This document shows, in pieces, positions 50,092 through 60,460 of a DNA stretch of 64,000 nt. The notes below the pieces were generated by a model, which was not told where the DNA came from, did not search any database, and saw nothing but the letters and a program-made list of their open reading frames with translations. The translations under genes were made by a program, and so were the position numbers. This DNA is from a bacterium (GTDB lineage Bacteria; UBA8248), in assembly GCA_965203325.1 (NCBI GenBank), contig OZ241875.1, forward strand, positions 608,001 to 672,000, in the 5' to 3' direction. Every line of letters starts with the position of its first letter. Position 1 is the stretch's first letter.

Positions 50092-52287
50092 TTACGCAAG
50101 GTTCACCCATACGGGACTGCTCCAGGCTTTTTCCTGGTCGACCTGGATCACCCGGACCCAATAGGTGTTGAGGCCCGAGGGCGCATCGTCGTCGATGTAT
50201 TCGAAACGCGCCTCCCAGGGGCCGTCCGTCGAAGGTGTTCTTCCGACTTCAATCCGCTGGCCGAGCCTTCCGGCGTCCGCCATGGCTGGGTTTTCCAGAA
50301 AATCCCGGATTTCTCCTTTAAGCTCCGCGTGTTCCGTGCTGATCTCCATCTCGCCCGCATCGCCGTCCAGTTCGAGGTTGAACCCCCGGGAATCTCCCGC
50401 TGTGTAGAGACTCCAGGAGACCCCGGATTCCGCGCCCGGGTCGAGCCGGTCGCGGTTTTCGACGAGCGCGACGGGTTCCGCCGCCAGGATTCGCGCTTCG
50501 CTTAAAGATAGCTGCCCGTCCCACAGGGTGGAGCGCCCCCGTCCGCGCACCCTGGCGCCTGAGAACAGGACGCGAAGCCAATTGCCCGCCCGATCCTGTG
50601 CGATTTTCTCGGTATGAACCCGCGTCATCCCGCGAAACACCTCGATCCGCTCTATGGGGCCCGTGCCCACGGCTTCGACCGAGATACGGGGCGCTCCCGC
50701 CGTCTCGATCTCCTCTCCCATCCAACTATCGTTCACGGTGAAGCGCAGGTAAATCCGCTCGCCGCTCGTGGCGTAGCAGCGGCGCGCCTTGATGTCGGCC
50801 CAGATGGATTCCCGCGTCAGCTCACCGGCGTAGAGCGCCGTCAGGCCGTTGCGCGCGGCGAAGTGGCTCACGTCCTCGCTCGGGTAACAGGCGCCGGGCT
50901 GGCCGTAGTGGTCGTCGCTCCCGCCGACGAAGCCCACCTTCATGTTCCGCTCGATGGATTCCTCGAGCATCCACTCGAACATGCCGTGTTTGGAGTGGAT
51001 CTCGATGACGGGTTCGAGTTCGGGGTCGTGAAACGCGAGATTCGCCGGACGCCCGCCCACGTGCGGGAGGCTCAGCGCTCCCCCGCCTCGCAGCTGCGCA
51101 TGGAGCTTGGTGATGTGATCTCGATCGGTATCGGAGTCCGAGAGATCCGTCTGCAGCCAGTGGGAGCAGCGGTGGATAGAGTTCTCCTCATCGAAGAAGA
51201 ATATGGCGTGATCCCCGCCCATCGGCGTGGTACCCGACCACTCATAGCCCAGGAAGGGGACGAAGCGGCCCGGCTCGTGGAAGGCGCGGGTCTTTTCTTT
51301 CAGCTCCTCCATGTCCTCGTTCGTCACTTCGAAGCAGTTTCCCTGGTGGGTGGTGAACTCGAGCGCGCCCGCGTCCCGCGCGAAGCGGTAGAATTCCTCG
51401 AAGCTGTTGACGCCCACCGTGCCGGCGGTCTGGCCCCCGTGAAAATCCCCCCAGTAGAGACGGGGGCCCTCTATCCGCTCTCGCACCACGACTGGGTTCG
51501 TGAGCGCCTCGCGTCCCGCACTGTCTTTCACACGGATGCGCGCCACGCCCTCGCTCCCGAATGAAATCTCCTCCGTCCTTATCAGTGCGAGCCCATCTGC
51601 GTCGAAACGCAAATTATCGGGAAGGCCCAGGTTCGCGCCTTCGGCTTCGAGCGAAATTTCTTCTGCGCAGCCTTCCGCAATGTTGCCGTGTCTGTCTTCC
51701 GCTTTCACGAGCAGCCATCCCTTTTCGCCGACGGCGGCCTCGGAGGTCATGATGGCGACGAGGCGGCGCGCCTCTCCTCCCTTGATCCGGAGCGTCGGGG
51801 AACCCGGCAGGGGCTGAAAATTCCCCGCGCCGAATGGGTCGACGAAAATCTTGAACTCGAAATTGCTCTCGCTGAAGGTCTGCGCCTTGAGACCGGGGCT
51901 TCCCTGACTCGTATCGCCCAGGACGATCTCGATGCTGTCGCCTTCCCAGAGACACCCGTCCAGAACGTCGATGGTAAGCGCCTGGCGCCAGTGGCGGATG
52001 TAGCCTCGCCTCTCGAACCTGGGTGCGAGCACCGCTTCGGAATCGGAATGGAGCCGGACCGTGGTGTAGTTCTCCCCCTTGGGGTCATCGAACTGCGGCG
52101 CGCCCCAGTTGCTCACCTGCCGGAAGGCGACCTTGATGGAGCCGCGCTCATCAATGCCCCAGCGGCCCACCGTGTAGCGGATCCGCCATGTGCCGAACTC
52201 GCCGGCCACCGCATCGGCGGCGGGGTCGACCTCGGCGAAGCCCAACTCATCCGTCCAGTCCTGTATCGTCCAATCCGGGAGACGCAC
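50092..52287 (-). CDS. DUF3604 (PHP-like metallohydrolase) protein
   Basis: YWGDFH, FLGYEWS, GGSDDH.G.PG, RRCYATSG, AWSSPVW. Confidence 0.82.
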   Translation of the reverse strand: MRLPDWTIQDWTDELGFAEVDPAADAVAGEFGTWRIRYTVGRWGIDERGSIKVAFRQVSNWGAPQFDDPKGENYTTVRLHSDSEAVLAPRFERRGYIRHWRQALTIDVLDGCLWEGDSIEIVLGDTSQGSPGLKAQTFSESNFEFKIFVDPFGAGNFQPLPGSPTLRIKGGEARRLVAIMTSEAAVGEKGWLLVKAEDRHGNIAEGCAEEISLEAEGANLGLPDNLRFDADGLALIRTEEISFGSEGVARIRVKDSAGREALTNPVVVRERIEGPRLYWGDFHGGQTAGTVGVNSFEEFYRFARDAGALEFTTHQGNCFEVTNEDMEELKEKTRAFHEPGRFVPFLGYEWSGTTPMGGDHAIFFFDEENSIHRCSHWLQTDLSDSDTDRDHITKLHAQLRGGGALSLPHVGGRPANLAFHDPELEPVIEIHSKHGMFEWMLEESIERNMKVGFVGGSDDHYGQPGACYPSEDVSHFAARNGLTALYAGELTRESIWADIKARRCYATSGERIYLRFTVNDSWMGEEIETAGAPRISVEAVGTGPIERIEVFRGMTRVHTEKIAQDRAGNWLRVLFSGARVRGRGRSTLWDGQLSLSEARILAAEPVALVENRDRLDPGAESGVSWSLYTAGDSRGFNLELDGDAGEMEISTEHAELKGEIRDFLENPAMADAGRLGQRIEVGRTPSTDGPWEARFEYIDDDAPSGLNTYWVRVIQVDQEKAWSSPVWVNLA

Positions 52288-52308
52288 GTTTCCTTTCCTT
52301 TCCTTTCT

Positions 52309-52640
52309 GGGGTTGTTGAAAAAGTTCCCCTCCTCAGGGGATAAAGGCACCCCCCCTACCCCCCCTTGTCAGGGAGGCAAGAAAAAACAAAAGCCCCTCT
52401 ACCGGCGGCGGACGTCGCCTTTTCATACCCCCCTGTCAAGGGGGGGGTAGGGGGGGTTGCTTTTCCAGGGGCGGCCCCCCGTGGCCGCCCTTATCGAAGA
52501 TGTCTATTCCCGTGGTTGTCCTTCGTCAGGACAGGCACGGGGGCCTCGGACAGGCGCAGGGGCCTGCCCTGCTACGGTGAACAATCCGATGATCGGGATT
52601 CCCTCCCCCCCCCCTCTCAAGGGGCTTTTTCAACAACCCC
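52309..52640. mobile_element. MITE-like element, copy C
   Basis: Perfect 16-bp TIR GGGGTTGTTGAAAAAG; shares modules with copies A and B. Confidence 0.72.
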
Positions 52641-52656
52641 GTACCAAAACGGCTCT

Positions 52657-53664
52657 TTACTTCGCCATCATGGCCGATGCGGGCAGTTTGATTCCCTTCT
52701 CCTTGTAGTAGCGAATCGCGCCCGGGTGCACGGGGATGTTCGCCTTCGTCATCTTGTTGATGTCGAGGGCTTCCCACGACCTGTGGGCGAGCACCAGGTC
52801 CTTCTTGTTCGCGAAAGTCGCCTTCACCACCTCATACACGAGGTCGTTCGGCACGTGCGCGCCCGAGCCGAGCCAGTTCGTCTGCCCGATGGTCTTGACG
52901 GGTTTCGGGTTCCCCTTGTACATGCCGCCGACGATCGCCGTCTTCACGTAGAACGGGTATTTCGCCAGCATCATCTCCGCCCATTTCCCGTGCCCGAGCC
53001 CGAACACGCGGAAAGGAAGCTGGGAGGTGATGGAGGCGACGGCGGGATGAGGCGGCGCGCCGATCGTGGCGGCGACGTCGAGAATGCCGTCCTGCATCAT
53101 GCGGTTCGCCTGCCCGTGGCCCACGTTGGTCACCTGGCTGGGCTTTAAGCCGACCACCTTCATGAGATTGCGCCCGAAGCGGTCCACGCCGCTGCCCGGA
53201 CGGCTGATGTTGAGGCGCCTTCCCTGGATGTCCTCCGCCTTCATGATGGGGCTTTTCGCTGGCGTCCAGAACTGCACGCCCGAGCTGTCCACCGGCGACA
53301 TGATGCGAAGGTTCTTGTAGCGCTTCCCTTTGGCGAAGCCTCTGCCATGATAGGCGGCGTCGGAAATGCTCGAACTCGTGCCGAAGCCGAAATCCTGCCT
53401 GCCCTGGCTGATGAGCCTGGCGTTCACCGTGGCGCCGGCGGTGGACTCCACCGAGGAGTTGAGCTTGAGCACCTTGTTCAGCACGCTGGACCAGCCAAGC
53501 GCCTGGAACTGGATGGTTCCCTGGAGAGGTCCGCCGCCGATGGTGATGCGTTTGGGCCAGTCTTTTCTCGCCCCCTCGGCGGGAGCGGACAACGCGACTC
53601 CGAAGGCGAAGGCGGCGATGATCGCAAAAACCACGGGTTGAATCTGCTTGCGGGTGAGTTTCAT
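52657..53664 (-). CDS. TAXI-family TRAP transporter solute-binding protein
   Basis: Signal peptide, STAG...N, PGSG, IPVHPGAIRYYKE. Confidence 0.9.
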   Translation of the reverse strand: MKLTRKQIQPVVFAIIAAFAFGVALSAPAEGARKDWPKRITIGGGPLQGTIQFQALGWSSVLNKVLKLNSSVESTAGATVNARLISQGRQDFGFGTSSSISDAAYHGRGFAKGKRYKNLRIMSPVDSSGVQFWTPAKSPIMKAEDIQGRRLNISRPGSGVDRFGRNLMKVVGLKPSQVTNVGHGQANRMMQDGILDVAATIGAPPHPAVASITSQLPFRVFGLGHGKWAEMMLAKYPFYVKTAIVGGMYKGNPKPVKTIGQTNWLGSGAHVPNDLVYEVVKATFANKKDLVLAHRSWEALDINKMTKANIPVHPGAIRYYKEKGIKLPASAMMAK

Positions 53665-53721
53665 GGCCTTTCTCCTCTGTGTGAGATTGACAGGCTGTCA
53701 GGTTCACGTGAAAACCTGCGT

Positions 53722-55644
53722 CTAAGTGCTCTCCTCAAGTGTTTCCTCTTTTTGCTTCCCGCTGCGAATCTTCTGGAACCAGGCGAGCAGGTCGCCCCCC
53801 AGCCCCAGGGCCAATACAACGAGGCCGATGATGTCCGTCAGGCCGCCGGTCAGGATCAGCAGCAGGGCCGCCACCCCCAGTACGCCCCTGCGCCACAGGG
53901 CGATTCCCTGGTCGATGACGCACCTCGCCAGGGCGTAGACGCCGAAAAGCGCCGTGCCGACCGCCATCGCGATGCCTCCCCAGGAGCCCTGCATCAGGAG
54001 CGAATCCCCGTAGACGAACAGGAACGGGACGATGTAGGCGGCGATACCGAGCCGCACCGCCATGAAGCCGACCTGCATGGGATGGGCGCCTGCGAGCGCG
54101 CCCGCGGCGAAGGCCGAAGCCGCCACGGGCGGTGTCATGGTGGCCAGGACGGCGTAGTAGAAAATGAACATGTGTGCGCTCAGGAGCGGAAACCCCAGTT
54201 TCACGAGAGCGGGACCGGCGGCCGCCGCGGCGACGAGGTAGGCGGCGACCGTCGGCACGCCCATCCCCAGGACGATGGAGACCAGCATGACGGCGAGGAG
54301 TCCCAGCATCTTGCTGTCGCCCACGTAGGAGAGCAACAGGTCCGTGACCTTGAGTCCCAGCCCCGTGAGAGACAGGACGCCCACGACCACGCCCGCCAGG
54401 GCGCTGGGCGTCGCGACGTGAATGGCGCCTTCCATCGTCCGGTAGAGCGCCTCGGCCACCCTTTTCGCCCCCATGCGCGTCTCCTGCCGGAGCCAGCTGG
54501 CGACCACCGCCGCGCCGATGGCGTAAAAGGCCGATTTCATCGGCGAGACGCGCACGTAGACCAGGAAGTAGATGAGGACGAAGATGGGCAGAAGCAGGTG
54601 GCCGTTCTGACGCAGGACGTCCCAGAGGCGCGGAAGCTCACTCCTGGGCAGGCCGCTCAGGCCTAAGTTTTTCGCTTCGACGCCGATCATGAAATAGACG
54701 GCCACGTAGAAGAGAATGGCCGGTATGAGGCCCGCTGCTGCGATCTTGAGATAGGGGATGCCGGTCACCTCGGCCATCACGAACGCCGTGACGCCCATGA
54801 CGGGAGGCATGAGTTGCCCGCCGGTGGAGGCGACGGTCTCGACGGCGCCCGCGAAGGCGGGACGATAGCCGATGCTCTTCATCAGGGGGATGGTGAAGGT
54901 GCCGGTCGTCACCACGTTCGTCACCGAACTGCCGGACATCGTGCCGAACAGGCTGCTGGCGAAAACCGCCACCTTGGCCGGCCCGCCTCGCGCGCCGCCC
55001 GCGATGGCCAGAGAGGTATCGATGAACAGCCTTCCTGCGCCCGAGCTCTGAAGAGCGGAGCCGAAGAGGATGAAGAGGATGATGAAGGTGGAAGAGGCCG
55101 CCAGCGGGGGCCCGAAGATTCCCTCCAGGCTGAAGAGGTACGTGATGGTGCGCGGATAGGGATAACCCCTGTGGCCCCACAGGCCCGGGAGGTAGTCGCC
55201 CCACAGCGCATAGGCCAGGCAGACGAGGGCGAGGATCGGCAGCACGTATCCCTGCAGGCGGCGTCCCATCTCCAGGATGACGAGGAACGTGATGGTGGCG
55301 AAAATGACGTCGTAGATGTTGGGGTCGACGCCGACCCGGTAGAGCATCTCGTCGAAGTCGACGATGAGGAAGATGGTCGTCGTGACGAGGAGAAAGGCGA
55401 GGGAATAATCGAGGAGGTTGGGGCCTTCGTTTTTCCTGTCGGCTCTCCAGGGGATGAGCGCGAAAACGAGGATGCCCGATGACGTCAGGTGAAAGGATCG
55501 CAATATCCAGGGCTGAATCGGCTGGACCATGAGGACGTAGAGGTGAAACGCGGTGCTCAAGGCTCCAAAGGCGAATATGATCTTCGCCAGAATATCGGGG
55601 AGGTTCCTGTGCTGGGACCCTACTCCCTCGGTTCTATCCTGCAT
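53722..55644 (-). CDS. TRAP transporter fused (4TM/12TM) permease
   Basis: GGPAKVAV, GSSVTNV.TTG.FTIP, STGGQLMPPVMG, TPPVA. Confidence 0.92.
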   Translation of the reverse strand: MQDRTEGVGSQHRNLPDILAKIIFAFGALSTAFHLYVLMVQPIQPWILRSFHLTSSGILVFALIPWRADRKNEGPNLLDYSLAFLLVTTTIFLIVDFDEMLYRVGVDPNIYDVIFATITFLVILEMGRRLQGYVLPILALVCLAYALWGDYLPGLWGHRGYPYPRTITYLFSLEGIFGPPLAASSTFIILFILFGSALQSSGAGRLFIDTSLAIAGGARGGPAKVAVFASSLFGTMSGSSVTNVVTTGTFTIPLMKSIGYRPAFAGAVETVASTGGQLMPPVMGVTAFVMAEVTGIPYLKIAAAGLIPAILFYVAVYFMIGVEAKNLGLSGLPRSELPRLWDVLRQNGHLLLPIFVLIYFLVYVRVSPMKSAFYAIGAAVVASWLRQETRMGAKRVAEALYRTMEGAIHVATPSALAGVVVGVLSLTGLGLKVTDLLLSYVGDSKMLGLLAVMLVSIVLGMGVPTVAAYLVAAAAAGPALVKLGFPLLSAHMFIFYYAVLATMTPPVAASAFAAGALAGAHPMQVGFMAVRLGIAAYIVPFLFVYGDSLLMQGSWGGIAMAVGTALFGVYALARCVIDQGIALWRRGVLGVAALLLILTGGLTDIIGLVVLALGLGGDLLAWFQKIRSGKQKEETLEEST

Positions 55645-55949
55645 CGGCTTCGCCTTTGTGTGGTCTGTGTTTCAATCGAAAAGGAATCGGAAAAATTCCT
55701 TTTTCCGAATTTTCAATAGCGTCGTTGTCGGCAATCCCTCAAAAAAGTTTTTATGAGCGTTCGTCATCGGCGCGATTCGGGAGGCGTCGTTTCGGCCTTT
55801 GGTTACCTCCACGAAACGCAGAGACGCCGTGAACCCCTCGTCATCGGGAATCCGGCCTTCCTGAAATCCGGGAAGGACGCCTCACTCTGAATAAAAAGTA
55901 TGTAACTGGTATACAAACAAACATTTTCCGGGTCAATCCCGCGCCGTTC

Positions 55950-56262
55950 GGGGTTGTTGGAAAAGTCCCCTCCTCGCTCGGAATTGACCACCGCCGTCAT
56001 TCCGGCGAAAGCCGAAATCCATTTTTACGCCTTTTGCCTTTCGTCATGGTTCCCGCGCATCGGTGGGGAATGAAACGCCGCCGTTCATTCACCCGCATCC
56101 GCAAATGGATTCCGGCTTTCGCCGGAATGACGAACAAAACCGCACCGCCTCTTGTAGTGGGCCGTTCTTGTGAACGGCCCAAGGTCGCGACCTGTCCCTA
56201 CGGCCCCTTTCACGGTCGACTCCATACGCCGAATCAAAAAATCTGGATCTTTTCAACAGCCC
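55950..56262. mobile_element. MITE-like element, copy D
   Basis: GGGGTTGTTGGAAAAG...CTTTTCAACAGCCC; internal GTCATTCCGGCGAAAGCC...GGCTTTCGCCGGAATGAC. The right half resembles copy B. Confidence 0.7.
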
Positions 56263-56265
56263 GGA

Positions 56266-57792
56266 TCATTCATCCCCCAGGGCGAACTCCTCTTGTGGCT
56301 GATCCCTGTTCCTGCGGAGAAGGGCGGAGATCAGCGGATACGCGAGGACGAGGGCGGTCAATATGATGAGGGCGATGCTGATCGGCCGGGTCCACAGGAT
56401 CGACCAGTCATCCTGCGACAGGCGGAGCGCGACCCTCAGGTTGAACTCGACCTTGGGTCCCAGGATGAGGCCGAGAATGAGCGGGGCGATGGGAAACTTC
56501 AGCCGCTCCATCGCGTAGCCGAACAGGCCGAACCCCAGCATCAGGTAGACGTTGAAGATGCTGTTCTCGAACGAATAGATGCCCACCACCGTCAGCGCGA
56601 TGATGACCGGCATCAACTGCACCTGCGCCAGCCGCAGGATGTTGGCGAACAGCTTGGTCGCGATGATGCCGCCGAACACGAACAGGGAAGCCGAGGTGAA
56701 CAGCATCGCCCACATGTAGCCGTACACCACGTCGGGCGCTTCCTTGAACAGGCGCGGGCCGGGTTCGAGCCCGTGGATGAGCAGGCCCGCCAGTATCAGG
56801 GCGGCCAGCCCGCTGCCGGGAACCCCCAGCGTGAGGGCGGGGATCATCGCGGCGGCGTTGTCGGCGTTGTTGGCGCACTCGGCCACGGCGACGCCCACCG
56901 GGTTTCCCTTCCCGAAGCTCTCGGGGTCTTTCGATGAGCGCTTGGTCTCGTTGTAGGCGACGAATGCGCCGACGACGCCCCCGACGCCGGGGAGAATCCC
57001 GATGATGATCCCGATGACGTTCGCGCGGATCCAGGCGGGGAAAATCTGCATCCACGGCCAGTTCGCCATGTCGGATTTGCCTTCGAATTCGAGGTCTTTG
57101 GATTTCACGCCGGTCATGATGGCGCGTTCGGCCATCTGAAACGCAGGCGGAAGCGCGTACACCCCGACCATGATGACGATGAGCTGCAACCCGCCCGAAA
57201 GCTCAAGCGTGTCGAAGGTGAAGCGCTCATAGCCGGTCACGTGGTCGAGGCCCACCATGCCCAGGAGCAGTCCGACGCAAGAGGCCATCAGGCCCTTGAT
57301 GGGGTCGGACCCGAGCAGGACGGCGATGCTGGAGAGGCCGAACAGGCTGATCCAGAAGATCTCGGGCGGCCCGAAGGCCAGGGCGAATTCCGCAAGCGGC
57401 GGGGAGAGCGTCATCAGCGATACGGCGCTTACCATGCCGCCCACCGCCGAGGAGACGCACGCGATCTTGAGGGCGCGCTCTGCGAGGCCCTGCTGGGCCA
57501 TCGGGTAGCCGTCGAACGTGGTGGCGATGGCGCCCGGCGTGCCCGGAATGCGCAGCAGGACGGCGGGGATGGCGCCGCCGTATGAGCCGCCGTTGTGGAT
57601 GCCGGCCATCATCCCGAGCGCCATGAGCGGCGACATGCCGAAGGTGAGGGGGATCAAGAGGGCGATGCCCATCGTCGCCGTCAGGCCCGGAATGGCGCCG
57701 AAGATGATGCCGCCGATCACCCCCACGAGCATGGCGAGAATGTTCTGCCACTCGAGGATGACCCACAGGGAATTGTAGAAAGGCTCTATCAA
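56266..57792 (-). CDS. tctA: Tripartite tricarboxylate transporter large permease
   Basis: GAIPGL, IPGTP...DGYPMA, LTLGVPG. Confidence 0.92.
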   Translation of the reverse strand: MIEPFYNSLWVILEWQNILAMLVGVIGGIIFGAIPGLTATMGIALLIPLTFGMSPLMALGMMAGIHNGGSYGGAIPAVLLRIPGTPGAIATTFDGYPMAQQGLAERALKIACVSSAVGGMVSAVSLMTLSPPLAEFALAFGPPEIFWISLFGLSSIAVLLGSDPIKGLMASCVGLLLGMVGLDHVTGYERFTFDTLELSGGLQLIVIMVGVYALPPAFQMAERAIMTGVKSKDLEFEGKSDMANWPWMQIFPAWIRANVIGIIIGILPGVGGVVGAFVAYNETKRSSKDPESFGKGNPVGVAVAECANNADNAAAMIPALTLGVPGSGLAALILAGLLIHGLEPGPRLFKEAPDVVYGYMWAMLFTSASLFVFGGIIATKLFANILRLAQVQLMPVIIALTVVGIYSFENSIFNVYLMLGFGLFGYAMERLKFPIAPLILGLILGPKVEFNLRVALRLSQDDWSILWTRPISIALIILTALVLAYPLISALLRRNRDQPQEEFALGDE

Positions 57793-57860
57793 GGTTTCAT
57801 CCCCGGGGCTTGGAGTTTGAGAACGAATCGGTGTCCGGGCACGATGTTACGCACTCCCCC

Positions 57861-58334
57861 TTAGTGGCGCAGGAAAAATTCCTGCGTGAGCGGGCGGTCG
57901 AAGAGCTGATCGAACACCACGAAGATGAACAGGAGATAACAGACCGTGGTGCCCGCCATGACGAACCTGTTCCGGTAGCCCAGCGCCCACGCCGCGGCGG
58001 GAATGAAAACCAGCGAGGCGCTGTAATAGCCGAGATACTGAACGCCCGCGATGTAGCCCAGCGCCATGAGGGTACTTAGGAGGAACCTTTTGTGGTGGAT
58101 GAAGAAAGGCTCGAAGGTCCTGCTCCGCCCGGATTTGAGCCACGACTTCACGAACATGAGAACGGAGAGAATGACCATCAGGCCGATGACCATCCGCGGG
58201 TAGAAGGCCGCTTCTTCGGGGAAACTCCCGGCGTGGTAGTAGAGGAAGGTCGTCGCAAAGAAAAAGATTACGGAGGCGACCCTGTCATGGTTCTGGAACA
58301 CGTGCGCTTCCCCCGCGAGTGTAGCCAGGGACAA
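57861..58334 (-). CDS. tctB: Tripartite tricarboxylate transporter small subunit
   Basis: Four to five TM helices, FYP, LGYY; adjacent to tctA. Confidence 0.8.
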   Translation of the reverse strand: MSLATLAGEAHVFQNHDRVASVIFFFATTFLYYHAGSFPEEAAFYPRMVIGLMVILSVLMFVKSWLKSGRSRTFEPFFIHHKRFLLSTLMALGYIAGVQYLGYYSASLVFIPAAAWALGYRNRFVMAGTTVCYLLFIFVVFDQLFDRPLTQEFFLRH

Positions 58335-58372
58335 CTCGTATGAGGCCGAAACTTCAAAGCGCCTTTTTCTTG

Positions 58373-59155
58373 CTACGGCATGGCGTCGACCTCGGCCAGG
58401 AACCCGAGCGTGTGCCGGCAGAACGCCTCGGGTCTTTCAATCGGGATCAGGTGTCCGCAGTCGGGAATCCTGACGAGCCGCGAACCCGGGATCCCCTCGT
58501 TCATGATTTCCGCATGGCCCATCACGTTGGTGACGTCCGCCTCGCCGTTCAGGATGAGCGTCGGAGCCTCGATGCCGGGGAGCTCCGCCTTGATGTCGAA
58601 CGTCCCGAGCGCGGTGACCGTGAGTTCGCGGAATTTCTGCGGCGATTGCAGGGCGATACCGTACGCCTCGACCACGTCCGCCTCATCGCTGCCCGGACGG
58701 AACCAGTGGTGGATGAGACGATCCGCAACGGCGGGCCATCCGTCCCGCTCCAGTTCGGCCAGCGTCTCGGGGACGTTGCGCCCCGTGCGGTCGGGCATCG
58801 TCCCCACGAGCACCAGCCCGTCCACACGGTCTGGGTAATCGAGGGCGAAGCACTGGGCTATCATGCCGCCCATGGAGAGCCCGCAGACGTGGGCCTTCTC
58901 GACGCCGAGCGCGTCCATGAGGCGCGCCAGTTCCCCTGCGAATCCGCGCGGCGAGAAATCGCCGCTCTCTTTTTTCTCGGAATCGCCGAACCCCTGGCGG
59001 TCGTGCGCGATGGCGCGGTAGCGTTTTTTGAACTCGGGCGTGATTTTACGCCACACGCGGCTCGAACCCGCGTTCCCGTGAAGAAAGAATACGGGTTTCC
59101 CCTCGCCCTCGTCGACGTAGTGGAGGTCGACTCCCGAGACGTTGATGTGCGGCAT
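58373..59155 (-). CDS. Alpha/beta hydrolase (enol-lactonase-like)
   Basis: HG, GLSMGG nucleophile elbow, GEAD, GH. Confidence 0.88.
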   Translation of the reverse strand: MPHINVSGVDLHYVDEGEGKPVFFLHGNAGSSRVWRKITPEFKKRYRAIAHDRQGFGDSEKKESGDFSPRGFAGELARLMDALGVEKAHVCGLSMGGMIAQCFALDYPDRVDGLVLVGTMPDRTGRNVPETLAELERDGWPAVADRLIHHWFRPGSDEADVVEAYGIALQSPQKFRELTVTALGTFDIKAELPGIEAPTLILNGEADVTNVMGHAEIMNEGIPGSRLVRIPDCGHLIPIERPEAFCRHTLGFLAEVDAMP

Positions 59156-59248
59156 ACCTTTCACCCGACCCTGAGGCGCACCGGCTATGCACGCCTCGGG
59201 GTTGCTCGTGATTTTGCGCTCTCGCTTACGTGAAGACCCGGACCGTTC

Positions 59249-60229
59249 TTACTTCTTTTTCTTCTTCATCCAGGGATTCGTCTTCCAGAGCTGCTCGTGC
59301 GCCATGTGAGAGGCGTTTGCGACCTTCGCCATCTCCTCGCCGCTCGTGTATTCCACCGCGACTTTCTGCTTCTTCGCCACTTTCAGGAATCCCGGGTCCG
59401 CGATCGCCTTTTTGAAGGCGGCGCGCAGCTTCGCCAGAATGGGCGCCGGCACCCCCTTGGGAGCGGCCACGGGGCGGTAGACGAAGTTGGTGATGTCCAC
59501 GCCCTGTTCCTTGAACGTCGGGACCCAGGAGCCGATCGACACCCGCTCGGGCGCCGCCTGAGCGAGGATGTTGACCTTGTCCCTGAATTTGGCGATAGCC
59601 GACATCGAGATCGCCAGCACCGGAACGTGGCCGCCGAGCAGGGCGTTGCGCGCGGGGCCGCCGCCGCCGAAGGGCACCTTGTTGAATTTGAGTCCCGTCT
59701 TGACCATGAACTTGCTGGTCCCGATGCTGTGGACGCTGCTGAGGGCCGCCATGCCTATCGAGATTTTACCGGGGTTCTTCTTGACGTCGGCCATGAGGTC
59801 GGCCAGCGTTTTGTACTTGCTCGTCTTGAGCACGGCGAACGTCGTCGGTCCCCTGTTCACGTTGCCCAGGAAGTCGAAGTCCTTGATGGTGTATTTCACC
59901 TTCCCCATGATGGGGCCGACGATGGCCTGGGGGAAGTTCGTCATGCCGATGGTGTAGCCGTCGGGCTTGGCGTTCGCTATCGCGTTGAACCCGATGTTGC
60001 CGCCCGCGCCCGGCTTGTTGATGATGGCGATCTTGGCGCCAGCTCCCAAGTGTTTTTCCAGAAAGGGAACGAAGGCGCGCGACGTCCTGTCCGAACCGCC
60101 CCCGACCCTGTAGGCGACGATGTAGTTGATGGCGCGTTCGGGATAGGCCGCTTCAACCGGGACTGAATCGACGAACCCCACGGATACCAGAACACCAAAG
60201 GCGATGATGCATTTCATGATCTTGGACAT
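59249..60229 (-). CDS. tctC: Tripartite tricarboxylate transporter substrate-binding protein
   Basis: YP, GGGSD, NKPGAGG, PDGYT, LLGGHV, VPTFKEQG. Confidence 0.92.
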   Translation of the reverse strand: MSKIMKCIIAFGVLVSVGFVDSVPVEAAYPERAINYIVAYRVGGGSDRTSRAFVPFLEKHLGAGAKIAIINKPGAGGNIGFNAIANAKPDGYTIGMTNFPQAIVGPIMGKVKYTIKDFDFLGNVNRGPTTFAVLKTSKYKTLADLMADVKKNPGKISIGMAALSSVHSIGTSKFMVKTGLKFNKVPFGGGGPARNALLGGHVPVLAISMSAIAKFRDKVNILAQAAPERVSIGSWVPTFKEQGVDITNFVYRPVAAPKGVPAPILAKLRAAFKKAIADPGFLKVAKKQKVAVEYTSGEEMAKVANASHMAHEQLWKTNPWMKKKKK

Positions 60230-60460
60230 CGGGCTTCCTCCATGAGCAGTTTTCCCAGATTATGTTTCGATTCCGTGTATTCGGCTCCTATTATTCGTGG
60301 TTTCTCGCAACGAAAGAGAAAACGAATAGACCGGACTTCCTCAAGAGGCGCATGACTCGCATGAAATATGGATGTCCACCATGATAGTGAATCCAAGGAG
60401 GCGGCACAAGCGCGCCTTATCCGGCCCGGAAATACCGATGCGCCGGGAGTCGTCTACCCA

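Noticed and set aside
30271..56262. Repeats as a CRISPR array
   Set aside because: Copies are dispersed, long and palindromic, with no regular repeat-spacer pattern and no cas genes.
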